DNA of 61,655 nucleotides, the filler included, from Vannella sp. (taxonomy: Eukaryota): assembly GCA_023345925.1 (NCBI GenBank). It is 6 parts of 6 records of this genome, joined end to end, with 100 filler letters (N's around TTAATTAATTAA, not from the genome) between each part and the next. Parts side by side here need not be neighbours in the genome. Positions count along the whole stretch, not along the records: positions 48,067 to 55,583 come from JAJQQN010000353.1; positions 55,684 to 61,655 come from JAJQQN010000939.1; 4 more parts are not named here. The stretch is one strand, 5' to 3'. Below are positions 48,067 to 60,400 of this stretch, piece by piece. The notes below the pieces were generated by a model. It was not told the origin of the DNA. It did not search any database and saw only the letters and a program-made list of their open reading frames with translations. Every line of letters begins with the position of its first letter. Positions within the stretch are counted from its first letter, which is position 1. A program made the translations under genes and the position numbers.

Positions 48067-48327
48067 TCTTCACGAGGGAACCGATCTTCGATTACGGCTT
48101 GGTACGCCCCGTTCTCCTCGCCTTCCCAGCCATGTGAACAGGCCGTCAACCCACTACAACTTCAGCTTCGTCTTACCATTGGAAACTGCAGCAGTCAACG
48201 CATCCCCCGGTCCCAGCAGGGCAAAGTAAGCAATCAGCTGCCCGCCGGCGCTCATGCGGGAGGCGGAAGCGACAGAATGACCCCAAAGAACATCAATTGG
48301 GAGGTGCAACAGTCTTCTATTCGCTGC

Positions 48328-51300
48328 TTAGGCAAAGCTGACTTTGAAGCCAGTGGTGAAGTCGAGGGCGAGGTTGGTGAGGACGAGGGAGAGTGCATTT
48401 TGATTGTACTGGAAAGAAGAGAAAGGTTGGCCGTTGATGGAGATGGTGGTGGGAGCGCTGGTGACACCCAGGAAGAGGATGGATTCGAGACGGGTGGAGA
48501 GGTCGGTGTTAGCAGGAAGAGAAGAGTGGACGATGTGCGATGTGAGAGTTCCCTTTCCGTTCTGGACAGAGGAAGTGATCTGAACGAAGAGGTTCTCGGT
48601 ACGGAAGGAGAGAGTGCTGCCGTCATCGACGAAGAGGTCGCCCTGCGCTTGCATCTGGCTGTTGTAAGCCACAGTGAGGTTGTATGGAGCTTGGTTTGTC
48701 TCATACGTAGTCAACTGAGGAGATGCACGACGAACCAGGGCGCTTCCACCAAGGAGGTAAAGAGGAATCACCTCCAAAGGAGCTTGAATGGTGCGACGAG
48801 TTCCCGTGCTGATGACGATCTGCTGATTGGAGTAGAGATCGTACCATGTGGCCTTGGGGAAGTAGACAGAGACTGAAGTGGCACCTTCAGTGAGCACGGG
48901 GGCGACCATCAGAGAGCTGCCAATGAGGAATTGAGTGTCCAAGCCGAGGAGGTTCGGGTCGCTCGGGAACTGGAAGAACAAAGGACGAGCAATAGAGCCT
49001 CCTGCAACACTAGCCTGGAAGTTGAGAGTGTAATACAACGGTAACAGAGAGTACCGCACTCGCAAGATGAACGAAGAGATCTCTGAGACAGAGGTCCATC
49101 GGTACAACTCCTGCAACTCCTCACCAATGGCGTTGTGGTTACGTGAGAAAGGATAGAAAGCTCCCAACTCAATCCAACGAGCGCACAGCTCCTCGGTGGT
49201 GTTACCATTGAAGCCACAGATGTCCGCACCGATCATTGGAATGCCCAGCAAGTTCGAGTTGAGCATACCAACGATGGAGTAGTACAAGTCAGGCCAAGTG
49301 GACTCGTTGTCTCCAGTCCACTTGGCTGCCCACTTGCCAGAGGAGGGGAAGGAAGAGCGGGTCAGCACAAAGGAGCGCTTGTTGTAGACGTTCTGGAGAG
49401 TATCGCGTGTCTGGCGGGACTCAGAGAGACCAAGCATGTTGTGCACGTCATACTCGAGGAGCTTCTCGCCATTCACGATGTGGAAAGCGTCCATATCGAT
49501 AGCCTTGTTGTTGAGAGGAGAGTAGCCGCGGTTGTTGTCGATCGCATAAGGAGGGTTGTTGGGATCAAAGGAGGAAGAGTAGTTACTGGCATAGTAATCA
49601 TCAGTGAAGGCAAATGGACGAGAGGTGGCGATGTCTTCTTCCTCGCAACCACAAGTGGTGGAGCCAAGAGGGATGGGAGAGCCGTCTAAGCACTGTCCAG
49701 AGCAGAAGTTACTTGCTTCGTTCATGTCAATCCACAAGCCATCGTAAGGGACAGTCCCAAGGAAGTCTCTGAGCTGCTCGTCCCAATAGTTCTGACCCGT
49801 AGCGGACAAGAAGTCAGGGAAGAGTGTGTAACCAGGCCAAACCTGCCCAATGAATGGGTCGCCATTTGAGTCCTTGATGTAAGCGTCACTGTCAGAGATG
49901 AGGTCAGCGTAAGGCTTGTAAGACTCATCAGCGTTAAGGATGCCAGGATCTACGATGACAACGTATTGCTGGTGGTTTTGATGCAGCTCCTCGGTGAAGG
50001 ACTGGATTTGAGAGACCGGGTAGTTGACAGGGTCCCAGGTGAAGTCCTTGTACTCATCCATATAGTCAATATCTCCCCAAATGGTGTCCAAAGGGATGTC
50101 AGCGGCGCTGTAGTTGGCGACGACACCCTCCACGTAAGCCAGATCGGGCATTCCATAGCGGCATTGGTGGAAGCCATATGCCCAGTAAGGCTGCATGTGA
50201 GGAAGTCCAACGAGGCGTTGGTACTGTTGAACGACGTTGTCAGGGGTTGGTCCGCTGAAGAAGTAGAAGTCGAGAACTCCACCGATCACATTGTAGGTGA
50301 GATGGTCATCCTTGTAGATCACATCCATGCCGTTGCTGTTAAGCAAGAAGGCTCCGTGTGCATTACCATTAGGCAACACCTCCATGTAGAAGGGATGGGA
50401 GCCGTAAAGGTTCTGGTTAGTGATGGAGCAAGGAGTGTCGTGGTTCCACAGAGTGAAGGTGCTGGTAGTCAACTTGAAGCCATTAGATTGAGTGCTCTCT
50501 CCAAGGCCATAAAGGCTGGTGTTCCCAGCGAGTTGGGTGGAGACTGAAAGGAACTGATCGTTGAACTGGAGACCATTCCAGGCTCCACTAGAGGGAACAG
50601 AAGTGTTGAAGAGCACTTGCTGATCCGACAAGCGGGTCACAGCAAAGCCAAAAGGATTGGAAGTGTACGAGAACGCCAACTCCTTCTTAGAAGGGTTGCC
50701 TCCTCCTTCAGGTCGAGGGATCAACCACTGGGGCACTTCCCAACGTTGTTGGTTCGGATCTGATCTTTGTGTTAGTCATCACATACAGGGATACAGCCAA
50801 ATGGCCAGTGACAAGCGCCCATATGCCAAAAGTAGCACGTTTCGGCGAAAATACAGGCAAACAGCGTGTCAAAGCAGAGGTTGGCTTACCAATTATCTTT
50901 ACATGGAGGCGGCTGTCGGTGTCGTAGACAGCGACCACTTGCAAGGGGGAGATGGGAGTTCCGTAGGTAGTTGGTGAGGGGTTGAGAACTTGAAGGGTGA
51001 GCGAAACTCCTCCAGACTCTGAAGATAGGTGAGTCTGATAGAAGTGTTCAAAAACAGCGAGTGCTTACTCAGGGTAGTGATTCCAGTCACCTTGTACCCC
51101 TGAGAGACAGGGTTGGACTGATAGCAGAAGGGAAGGTTGTCCGGGTTGGAGCTAAGGGTGGCCCAACAGCACTTTCGAGCTTGGCATTCTATTACGACTG
51201 TCAGACGAGAAGCACTCTCGGTTTCACGTGGAACGTACCACTTGCAGTAATGCCGTCGTACCCGCAGTCCACGCTGTTGGTGTTCTGAGGGTTGCAAACA

Positions 51301-51549
51301 GGGTTACCACTGTTCTGATAGAAGCAGTAAGGTTGGTTGCTCGGATTTGGGGTTTCAGGATCCCAGCAACAACCTTTTGCAACACACTGAGGGGGAGGAT
51401 AAGCACCCACAGACTCTCAACGACAAGCAACCAACCTGTGATTGAGTGTACTGTTCACAATCAATTCTCGAGTTAGAGACGCTGCACGAGCTTTGGCACG
51501 ATGCCCATGCAACAAACAGCAACAAGACTGCAAGACAACCCGAAGGCAT
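48328..51549 (-). CDS. GH31 alpha-glucosidase (lysosomal GAA/maltase-like) with two N-terminal trefoil domains
   Basis: Signal peptide, trefoils 'C...RIDCG....QCVAKGCCW...PYCFY' and 'C....DCGYDGITA.ECQARKCCW...PFCY', nucleophile 'DGLWIDMNE' and acid/base 'WTGDN'. Introns lie in the 5' part. Confidence 0.95.
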
Positions 51550-51734
51550 CCTCACAGTGTCCACGAGAAAGTGTCAAAGAAAGTTCGGCCTGTTCGCAGG
51601 AACAGACTAACAACAACTGTGTTGAGTTGGTCTGCATGTCTTGGGAACTGTTAAACCCAATAAAATCATGGTCAAATAGATTATATAAAAAGAAATGGAA
51701 CGGTTCGAATGAGCGGCAATATTGTCAGTCGTTG

Positions 51735-53229
51735 ATGGAAGGGTTGGACGGGGAGTACTGGCTTGTGGCAGGAGGAGCTAGGAAGCAGACATCTAGTCTA
51801 ATTGTTGATGAGTCCTTCCTCATGCCCACAACCACTCGGTCCCCTACAAAACCACGAGCACCACTCTCCGAGATACAGAAGCGTGTCATGCTGGAGAAAA
51901 GGCAGCAAACCAGCATAGCCAAGCAGTATCACAAACGCCTTCTCAGGGAGCAATTAGAGAAGGGTACGCAGACCAATGTTTCCAGCATTCCCTCCTTCTG
52001 ACCTTGAGCAGAGTCAGAGAAGCGACAGTTCTACATCAAAGAGAAAGAACGAGTTCAAAAGGAAGGAATAGAGATATTCGATGGCGTTTTTGTGGGAGGA
52101 AGGCTCTCCGCTATGAACTACGATTTGCTGCAATCCCGTGGAGTTCGAGCCATCCTCAACGCCACAACGGAAGTAAGAACTTACTTTGAAAGTAGTGGAG
52201 AGTTTGATTACCTCCGGATTGCTGTCAATGACCACCACGAAGAACCTCTGTCAGACTATTTCGAGGTTGCTACTTCTTTCATTCAAGAGCACTTGACACA
52301 ATCACACGGTGTTCATGTACACTGTCAAATGGGCCAAAGTAGATCATGTTCTCTCATAGTTGCTTGTAGGTAATTGCAACTCGCCTCCTGATTGGCCTGA
52401 CGGGGATTCTCAAAATATCATGATATTTAGTCGCCTTGAAATGTAAGCGGTGGACACTCCAACAGACTATGGACCACCTCCACTCAAAGCATGCTTGTGT
52501 TGGTATCAATGATGGCTTCAAGAAGCAGGTACGCTACGTTACGTTGGAGATTGTGGCTGGGAAACTGATGCAGGAGGGAAGTTGATGGCCTATGAAAAGT
52601 CTCTGTTTGGGAGTAACTCGATGAGCTTCCTTGGTTCACGCAACTCTCCAAAACCCCAGCCACAACACGTTCCCCACTCTGTTGTTGCTGCCGCCTTATC
52701 GCGTCCTCCGATATCACCTGAATCACCGATAGGGAGACTTTCCACTCCATCCTCACTTCCTTTAGCTATGCTAGAGAATCCCTTTATTGGAGTAGACCTG
52801 AGTTTAGGACAGCAGGCGCAGGCAATGAGCGTATCGCTACCGACTGCAACGTTCTCACCAAAAGTAGACCAAAAGATATTGGACGATGACATTGAGACCA
52901 TGTATGGATTGGGCGATCTCCTTTCTCCTGCCACTGAGAATTCGGAGCTGATGACCCTAACCTCACCAATCCAGCACATCGAAGGCTTTCCCTCGAAGGA
53001 AGACCCAATTGAAGGAATGGGGGCAATGGACCCAATGGATATTGATCAGAATTCTGTTCCCACTTCTGTACCTTATCTTACCTCTCCCTTCAAGGCCGAA
53101 TCTGGTCCAGAGAGTGCTTCAGAATCTCAAGAGAGCGAAGAGAGCCCGCCTCTTGATGGGTGCTATTGGGCCTCTCCCCTACCGATGAAGAGGAGCAGAG
53201 CCCCTAGTAACCGAGCTTTCTACAAGTAA
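51735..53229 (+). CDS. Dual-specificity protein phosphatase (multi-exon)
   Basis: 'EIFDGVFVG', 'ILNAT', 'LRIAVND', CX5R 'VHCQMGQSRS' and 'INDGFKKQL..YEK.LFG.NS'. Confidence 0.9.
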
Positions 53230-53438
53230 ACGGGTTTCTCTTGATCGAGCGGACGAGCCTTGAATCACTTGAGAGAGCTGCCACGACGAATAGATCTCTC
53301 CTAAAATGCAGCGTTATCGAACATATGTCCAATGAAAGTTACATGAAATTAGATAACGAGAAATAAGGGATATCAAGTGTTCATTAATAAGAGGGCACCT
53401 CGTCGAACGCCACGGGACCTGAGAACGCTGTCTTCGAC

Positions 53439-54892
53439 ATGAGTTTCGATCCTTCGATACAACCGCACATGGTACCTACTCAGGGTCTTTCTCATCCTGC
53501 TGGGGTGATGCGAGAGGCCGAGCTGCGGAGAAGCTTTCAAGGACCCACTGTGGGGATCCAACGAGGGATGCAAGGAGGCTTCTACCCAAACTATCCCAAC
53601 ATTATGCCCAATTACGCGAACGGAGGCTATCCTCCTCAACAAGACACCCGCACGGTTCACAACCCCTTCAGTCCTTCCTCCCCTCATTCACAGTACTCCA
53701 TGCCCGTCGTCGACCCTTCAGCGAACCCTGCTGACCATCCCCCTTATCTTCAATTCGCTGCGTGGAAAGATGTCGCACCTTCCGGTTCCTTCTCCCTCGT
53801 CATCGGCGACCGCATCAGGGTTGACATTCAACGATCCAGCGTCCAGATGTCAAGCATAGCTCTCTCATTCTCCCACTCTGAAGAGTCGAGGTACCCTCCT
53901 CTACGACTCCCATTCTCCTTTGAAGTACGCTGGTCCCCTCCTAGGTAGGCTCTTCACTCTCTTTGGCAGTCACAAACAGTTCTAACTCGTTCGCTTAGTG
54001 AGAACTCTGACCCAGTTGTTGGAGACAAGCGAAGGCTAGAAAGATCCCAGTCTGGAACGTCTCCCAAGAGGAGGAAGACCAGTCTTACCACTTCCTCCGC
54101 AGCAGTTGCGGTCCCCTCTCATACAGAACGGAGGAACCACATCACTCTCTTCCAAGAAACTGTGGTTCGGATCGTCGGCGGGATGTGGACTGATCGATCA
54201 GGGCGCTTGAAGATCTTTGCCTCCACCGAAACCGATCCGCTTTCGATCCAGATCAGCAGAGTGTGTTTCACTACCCATGGAAAGCACTTTCTAAGTGACT
54301 GGAAGTCGTTGCCAAAGAACTACAGTCGGGGTAAGGCGTCTCCCGTCCCTCTCGATCGTTGGACTGAAGGATTGGTGGAGATCGACTGCTTGGGTTTAGG
54401 GACTTTGCTGTGTACGTTACTGTACGTGACGTAGAGGAGAGCGCTGTTCTATTTGAGCACCGGACAATGTGTGCTCACATACAGCGAGTGGAGTCTCCCA
54501 TTCGACAATTGGTGTCGATGGAGGTTATGAAGGAGCCAGTGGATGTCCCCTTCTGCCTCCACACCCGATCGAATCTCGTGGCCGACATTCTCATGTTCGA
54601 CAGCTACCACAACATCTTCTTCTATCGGACGTCCTTTCTCTGGGTGCAATCACACACTCCTTCTATCTATTCGGCCTCCATGCTTGCAGCAACGGGGATT
54701 GAGCCTGGTCACCTCACTCTCGAGTTCAAGTCAACCGGCCCTCACCAAAGTGAGATCCGCTCGTGCGTCATCAGCGTGAGTTTGAAGCGGATAGTGGATC
54801 AGTTTGCGAGAACCGCCATGAAGATCCCAGAAGTCTCTCAAATGCTGTTAGAAGGAGTCCCTTCGGAAGATCCTCTTGACGCTTTCTTATGA
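53439..54892 (+). CDS. Hypothetical, probably nuclear, protein (multi-exon)
   Basis: P/Q/G/Y-rich N-terminus, basic clusters KRR...KRRKT and beta-rich segments. The ORF pieces are separated by plausible GT..AG introns. Confidence 0.6.
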
Positions 54893-54976
54893 GAAGGGCG
54901 GATACTGGCTCAGCCTTGTACAGCCAGTATGTCTGCCTTGTAGTTTACTAGTAAATGACCTTCATCAAACACCTGG

Positions 54977-55339
54977 CTATGAGTCGCACTCCTTTGATCC
55001 TTCCTTCTCCACTAAAGTGGAGGCTTGCCATCGGCCTTCCTTGATCCCCTTCTCCTTGTTGCGCTGGAACTCCTCTTCAATCGCTTCTGGGTTAGAAGGG
55101 GTCCAGCCTGTGTAGTGATCTATGTCTTGGCATCCAAGTATTCGGGACGTGTGGTATTGAAGCTCCTCGTCCGTCTGCTCACTGGTTTTAGTTCCTTCTA
55201 CACCTTTGCGGCACTGACTCACCCATCGAGGAAGGGATACTCTCATAGCTTCCCAGTTACCCACTCCATTGGTGCACAGAGCGCGAAGAAGAGTCTCCTC
55301 CTCCTTGAATCCCCAGGTCTTCCGAGTGTTTCTTGGCAT
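54977..55339 (-). CDS. Small Myb/SANT-like domain protein
   Basis: 'WGFKEEETLLRAL...GVGNWEAMR..LP.W', a probable intron (GTGAGT..GCAG), then 'EL..HTSRILGCQD...Y.GW'. Confidence 0.65.
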   Translation of the reverse strand: MPRNTRKTWGFKEEETLLRALCTNGVGNWEAMRVSLPRWVSQCRKGVEGTKTSEQTDEELQYHTSRILGCQDIDHYTGWTPSNPEAIEEEFQRNKEKGIKEGRWQASTLVEKEGSKECDS

Positions 55340-55583
55340 GAAGTAGCTGCGCTGCACCAATTAGACTGCAAGCTTGATCAGTGGTAGTACACACTCCTGA
55401 TCGATCTCCCCAGACTCTAACACCATGTCACGTGCGCAAAACTTCAGCCTCGTCTGCCTTGCCCACTCCGTTCTCTCCATCAATGAATAGTGTTCTATGA
55501 TTTGTCCACAGGATTCTGTTGGACCAATTTCTATTGTTGTGGGAACAGTCCATCTTTCTGCACCAGATGCAGCGAGAGAATTC

Positions 55584-55683
55584 NNNNNNNNNNNNNNNNN
55601 NNNNNNNNNNNNNNNNNNNNNNNNNNNTTAATTAATTAANNNNNNNNNNNNNNNNNNNNNNNNNNNNNNNNNNNNNNNNNNNN
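55584..55683. other. Artificial contig linker
   Basis: N44-TTAATTAATTAA-N44. Confidence 0.99.
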
Positions 55684-55859
55684 CTGCTCATGTCTTCTGC
55701 TGAGTTGCCCCCTCTTCACGCCTAACGTGGCGTTGATTGGCGGATCGTGTGAACCCCCAAGTTGATTCGAAACAAGTCACTGCGAAAGGCTTTTGTCCTC
55801 TCCTTTCTTTTGCCCTACGAACGACAAGGTGTCGCACATTCCCCTTCTTCTCCTGAAGC

Positions 55860-56060
55860 GATAGCGAGCGAGCCAGTTTATTTGGCCAAACGTATCGACG
55901 CGTTCTTCGTTGATCAAGAGCAAGTTCCGTTCTTCTGTATGGTATGCAAGTCCCAGTCTGCTTGTGTGTTGAATGGTTGCGTCGTGGTGGCCAAGTGCGG
56001 ACACTACTCCTCTTGCAATGAGTGTCGGGAACAATGATGAACCACTTATTCAGCCCACCA
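55860..56060 (+). pseudogene. Truncated duplicate of the adjacent RING-finger gene
   Basis: 'AKRIDAFFVDQEQVPFFCMVCKSQSA..NG..VVAKCGHYSSCNECR' matches the downstream gene and is followed by TGA TGA before the last RING Cys pair. Confidence 0.65.
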
Positions 56061-56177
56061 TCGGAGTTGGTTGCACTTTCCTTTTCCGACGGAAAGTTGT
56101 TCTCTGAATTTACTGGGGCGATGTTGGGCGTTGAGCCAAAAGACAATAGAGAATTGTTCCGATGATACAGCAAGAGT

Positions 56178-56958
56178 GATGTTGGTTCACTTTCTTTTCA
56201 TGTCTTTCGAACGAGCCGTCATCTTCCATGCCAACTTTGCGATTCATGGTACGGGAGAACTGTATGATTCAAACGATACGATTCTTTCCTCGCCTTTCTT
56301 CTTCCCCGAACGCCACTACCCTTCCCACGCTCCACAGTCCCACGTGCTTCCACGATCTGCTCCTGTTACTCCAAGCAGTCCGATTCCTTTCGCCAAACGC
56401 ATTGACGCGTTCTTTGTCGAGAGAGGTCAGATGCCGTTCTTCTGTGAGGTATGCCAGTCCCAGTCTGCGACTGAGTTTAACGGTTCCTTCGTGGTGTCCA
56501 AGTGCGGACACTACACCTCTTGCAATGAGTGTCGCAGTCGTCTCGTTCAGCAGCTTCTAAGATGCCCTGCATGCTGCTCTGATCTGGCTGGAGAGTTCCC
56601 TGTGTGCAGTGAATCATGCGAACAGATCTCCAAGCGACAATCTCAAAGTCTTCGAGTGGCCTCCTGTCCCCGCTGCCGTTTCAAACTGTCGAAAGAGACC
56701 TGTGGAAGCTCTTGCTCACGGAAGACCAGCTCCTCTTACCAAATGGCGGAAGAACGGCTGCGAATGTGTGTTGGTACCTTGGTCTTGGACCCTTCATTCT
56801 GCGAGAAGCCAGGCTACGAAGGCGAGCGACCTTGCTCGCACTTCACAAAGTGCCAAGAGCATGGCTGCATCACCAGAGGCCGGTCAAATCGATCTCGCTG
56901 TCCCCAGTGCAAGAGCGAAGTTCAGCAAACATTCAAGTTTTATTTCGTGGAGAGTTAA
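56178..56958 (+). CDS. Cys-rich RING-finger protein
   Basis: 'CEVC...CGHYTSCNEC...CPAC' plus further CxxC pairs and 'RPCSH...CQEH...CPQCK'. The start codon is uncertain. Confidence 0.65.
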
Positions 56959-57428
56959 AGCCAGAACACTTTCAACCAACTCGCCCCATCTCCGTCGTCC
57001 AATGCGATAAAATTAAAGTTCTCTTCAAAGGTGCATCAGCACACCGGAGCGGTCCTTGCAATGGACAGTTGAGAGAAGGGGGATGAGTCAAAGAAGATCA
57101 CCGACACTGTTGATGGCGAGGAGTAGCGCGCAGAATCCTCCAAATGATTTGATCTTCTGCTGCCCTTTATGTTTGCGAATTCTGTTCCCTCCCTTCCTAT
57201 GTAATCTTCAAAGATCTCCATTTTTCAATACTGTTAAGAGGATAATGAACGAATCGCTGTCCCCAGTGCAAAAGCAAAGCTCAGCAATCTGATGAAGATT
57301 TGTTTCGTTTTAGTAACAACTCAAACCCAGTTCACTTGGTCTTCCCAAAGGACTAATCCGATCATGAGTCACTTATTCAGAGGCTACCACACTATGGTGA
57401 TCCATCCTAATCTAATAGAGTTGGCTGC

Positions 57429-60400
57429 TCAAGGATCATCGATGTCTGGAAGAGTGTCGGAGGGAATACGACGGCAATGAGCAACAACAAGTTGGAAAAG
57501 CGGGTTGGGAGTGTCGAATATGCCCAAGAAGGATTCTCGACGACGAGTGGAGAGCGAAGGATGGCAGTAGAAGTCGATGGCGGAGCGTAAGAAGAGAGCG
57601 TCAGGCAGAGTAGCTTGGGGGAATCCCTGGATGGTCTCGGAGTGAAGAGCACTGCAGGCAAGAGAGGGAGAAACAGTCATGAAAAGGCAAGCGATAGCCC
57701 ACTTGCTGTAAACAAAAGGTTCCATTTGAATGAAGTTCTTGAGACAAAGGCAAATCCACTTCATCACGACGTTCATCTTTGTTGGCTGGGTGATTTGGTA
57801 CTGCTGAATCACACAAAAGAGCACACGAGCTACCATGCGAGGTCTTTGACTCATCCTCGTCCTCACAAACTCCCCCAAAATGAGAGATAAAACCTGTTCC
57901 ATGGCAAAGAAGTCCACCAGCAGATGAGGGAGGATCTGAGTAACTGCCTCAGCCTCACATAACACACCTTGGTGCAGTTTGTGGAACAAAATCTTGGCGC
58001 GCTCTACGTTATCCATTTGGACCATCTGGTCAGGGTCATCTGTCGGATTAACTCCATTCTGGACGTCGTTCTTATCTCCAGTATACATGCAACTCAACAT
58101 CAAGCTAAATGCAGGCATAAATAAGTGAGTGGGAAGGCTCTGCAATGCACAAGAGCGGACGAGCGATCGCTGGGCATGAGACAAGGAAAAAGATACCAGC
58201 AGACTGTTCAATCCCCGGAATATCATTCCCGTGAGGTACGGACAACAAGCCTCATCTACAGCTTTGGGAATTAAAATCTCCAGAGCGGAGCGAGAGAAGT
58301 TACTTTGCTCAGCCTCTCGAGTGAACCTTTCGAGAATGATGAAGACTGTGGCAATAAGATAAGCTTGATGTTCACTAATTGTGTTGGGGTTATCTGATTT
58401 CTTCAAGCACTGGAGAAGGTAAGGGAAGATTAAAGCAAGAAGTGGATTATTCACTTCCGGCAAGTCACTTCTTATAACGGAAAGAAAAGCTTTGAGGCCA
58501 GCTATTTGACCACTTATTGATCCCATTTCGAGACAGCGGCGAATTTTGGTAGGAATGGTACTGATTGGAAGAGCGTTGGATGAATTAGTCGCTCCTAGCG
58601 AATGCGCTTGACAAGCGGCCCGAGAGAATCCGACGACAGCAATCTGGACGCCTTCAGAGTCTCCAGATGGGTCTTGATCTATGATGGAGCCGGTAAGCTG
58701 AAGAATACTTTGCAAGTGGTCGAGAGGGACTAAGTGGGTCACTGCTAAGAGAGCACTGGTGCATTGCTGCTTCAAGAATAACATTCCTCGTTCTTCTGAG
58801 ATGCCATTGGCCACACTCAATAAGATTGTTGATGCAGTTCCCGCCACAGTCTCTAACAGCTCCTTTGTCACCCAAGGATACCGTTTTTCGAACAGATAGT
58901 GAGTTAATGAGGGAGTTGCGCTTGCTGTCTTGTGAAGAGCTCGGAATCTTTCAGATAAAGAGACTTCAACGTCAGTGCACGTAAATTTCGAAGGCTGGGG
59001 CATCATACAACCGCTAAGGAACTTATAATGATCAGGGAACTCCAGAGCCTCTTGCAGCCGAAGGAGTTGAAGTCCTGCAGCACTTCCAAGGAAGTATCCA
59101 GCTTTGGATTGTTCCGGTTTGGCAGTGAGAGAGGAAATGTGCTGGCTGATAAAGTCAAGAATACTCACAATCACTGCTAATCCCTGCGCAGCTACTACCT
59201 GAAGAGGCTCTGAAGCCAACTTGGATTTAAGAATAGACTGGAAGAGTTCAACCGCCTTATGCAGATGCTCTTCGTCTCGTACAAATACAACAGGAAGCAT
59301 TAATACAGCATTCTGTAGTAACTCAACATCTGATGCAGTCATTCCCAAAGCCTTGATAGGAGTCTCCAAGAAAATGTCCTCGTCCTCTTCCACCAACTCA
59401 GGATAGACAAACGGATGGACTTGGCGAGTTAAACAGGACAGTAAGTCAATAAATGCCGAGCAAGTGTCTTCTCCATGGGCTTTCTTAAAGTGAGTAGAAG
59501 AACGCGTGTCTCGCTCTGTGATAAAGCTGAACCGTTGGGCTGGACAAGTCAGATCTACAATCATGTCCAGAATCATGTCCTCTTTACTGGTGATCTCCCA
59601 ATCGATCTCTCGCCTGTGAGGGCTGGTTAGGGCTGGTAGTAAAAGCTCACTGATATCTAGAGCGAGCCAATAGACCTTGGTAAGCGAGGAAAGGAGGGTG
59701 CAGAGATTGTTTTGCTCAGAGATCCAGGAGAGAGTATCTGGCATGCTCATTGCAAAAGCCAACAGCTGGAATACGCCACTTAGTGTATGGTCCTCGCGAG
59801 AACGGAAGCGATATCTCTCCTCTTCAAGATACAAATCAATAGAGTCTGAACAGAACTGGGATAAAGAACCCAGCGTGCATTCAGTTACGACCGACTGAAC
59901 TAAAGAAGAATGGGCCCCTGCAAGAACAGCAAGGCTATTCGCCAGGGTGGCTCTTTCTGTGAATTGATGGCAGGAAGAAGCGGTCAGCCTTTTCACAAAG
60001 AACGCAACAACGGAGTCTCGCACTGAAGGAGCAACCACCTTCACTTCAAACGCTAAGAGGTCAGTTACTCCCGCAGATTCAGAAGACTGGAAATGGGAAA
60101 AGCCACGAGGATCGAGCACGAACGATTCCACATCCTGAGGAGATAGCTTCTCGCCTGCAAGGAGTTCTAAAAGAATAGGAACAGAAAGATGCCCCAGGGC
60201 AACAAGTGACCGACACTCCTGAGTAAGGAAGAGGTCCAACAGCTCTTTTTGACTGCCTGTTACTGTAAGGTTTTGAGACTCAGAGACCTCTTCGGGCTCT
60301 TCTGAGGTCAATTGAGCCTCGACAAACTCAATTCCATCTCGCAAAACCCTGACTTGATCCGAACCCTCTCTGTAGGAGGTGGATGCCAGCAAATGAGTCA

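Noticed and set aside
48067..48250. Possible exon fragments at the contig start
   Set aside because: Too short to assign a frame or product.
45291..51549. Apparent cluster of trefoil-containing glyco-enzymes (PMT and GH31)
   Set aside because: The two genes are on different contigs separated by the linker at 47967, and trefoils on GH31 enzymes are well known.
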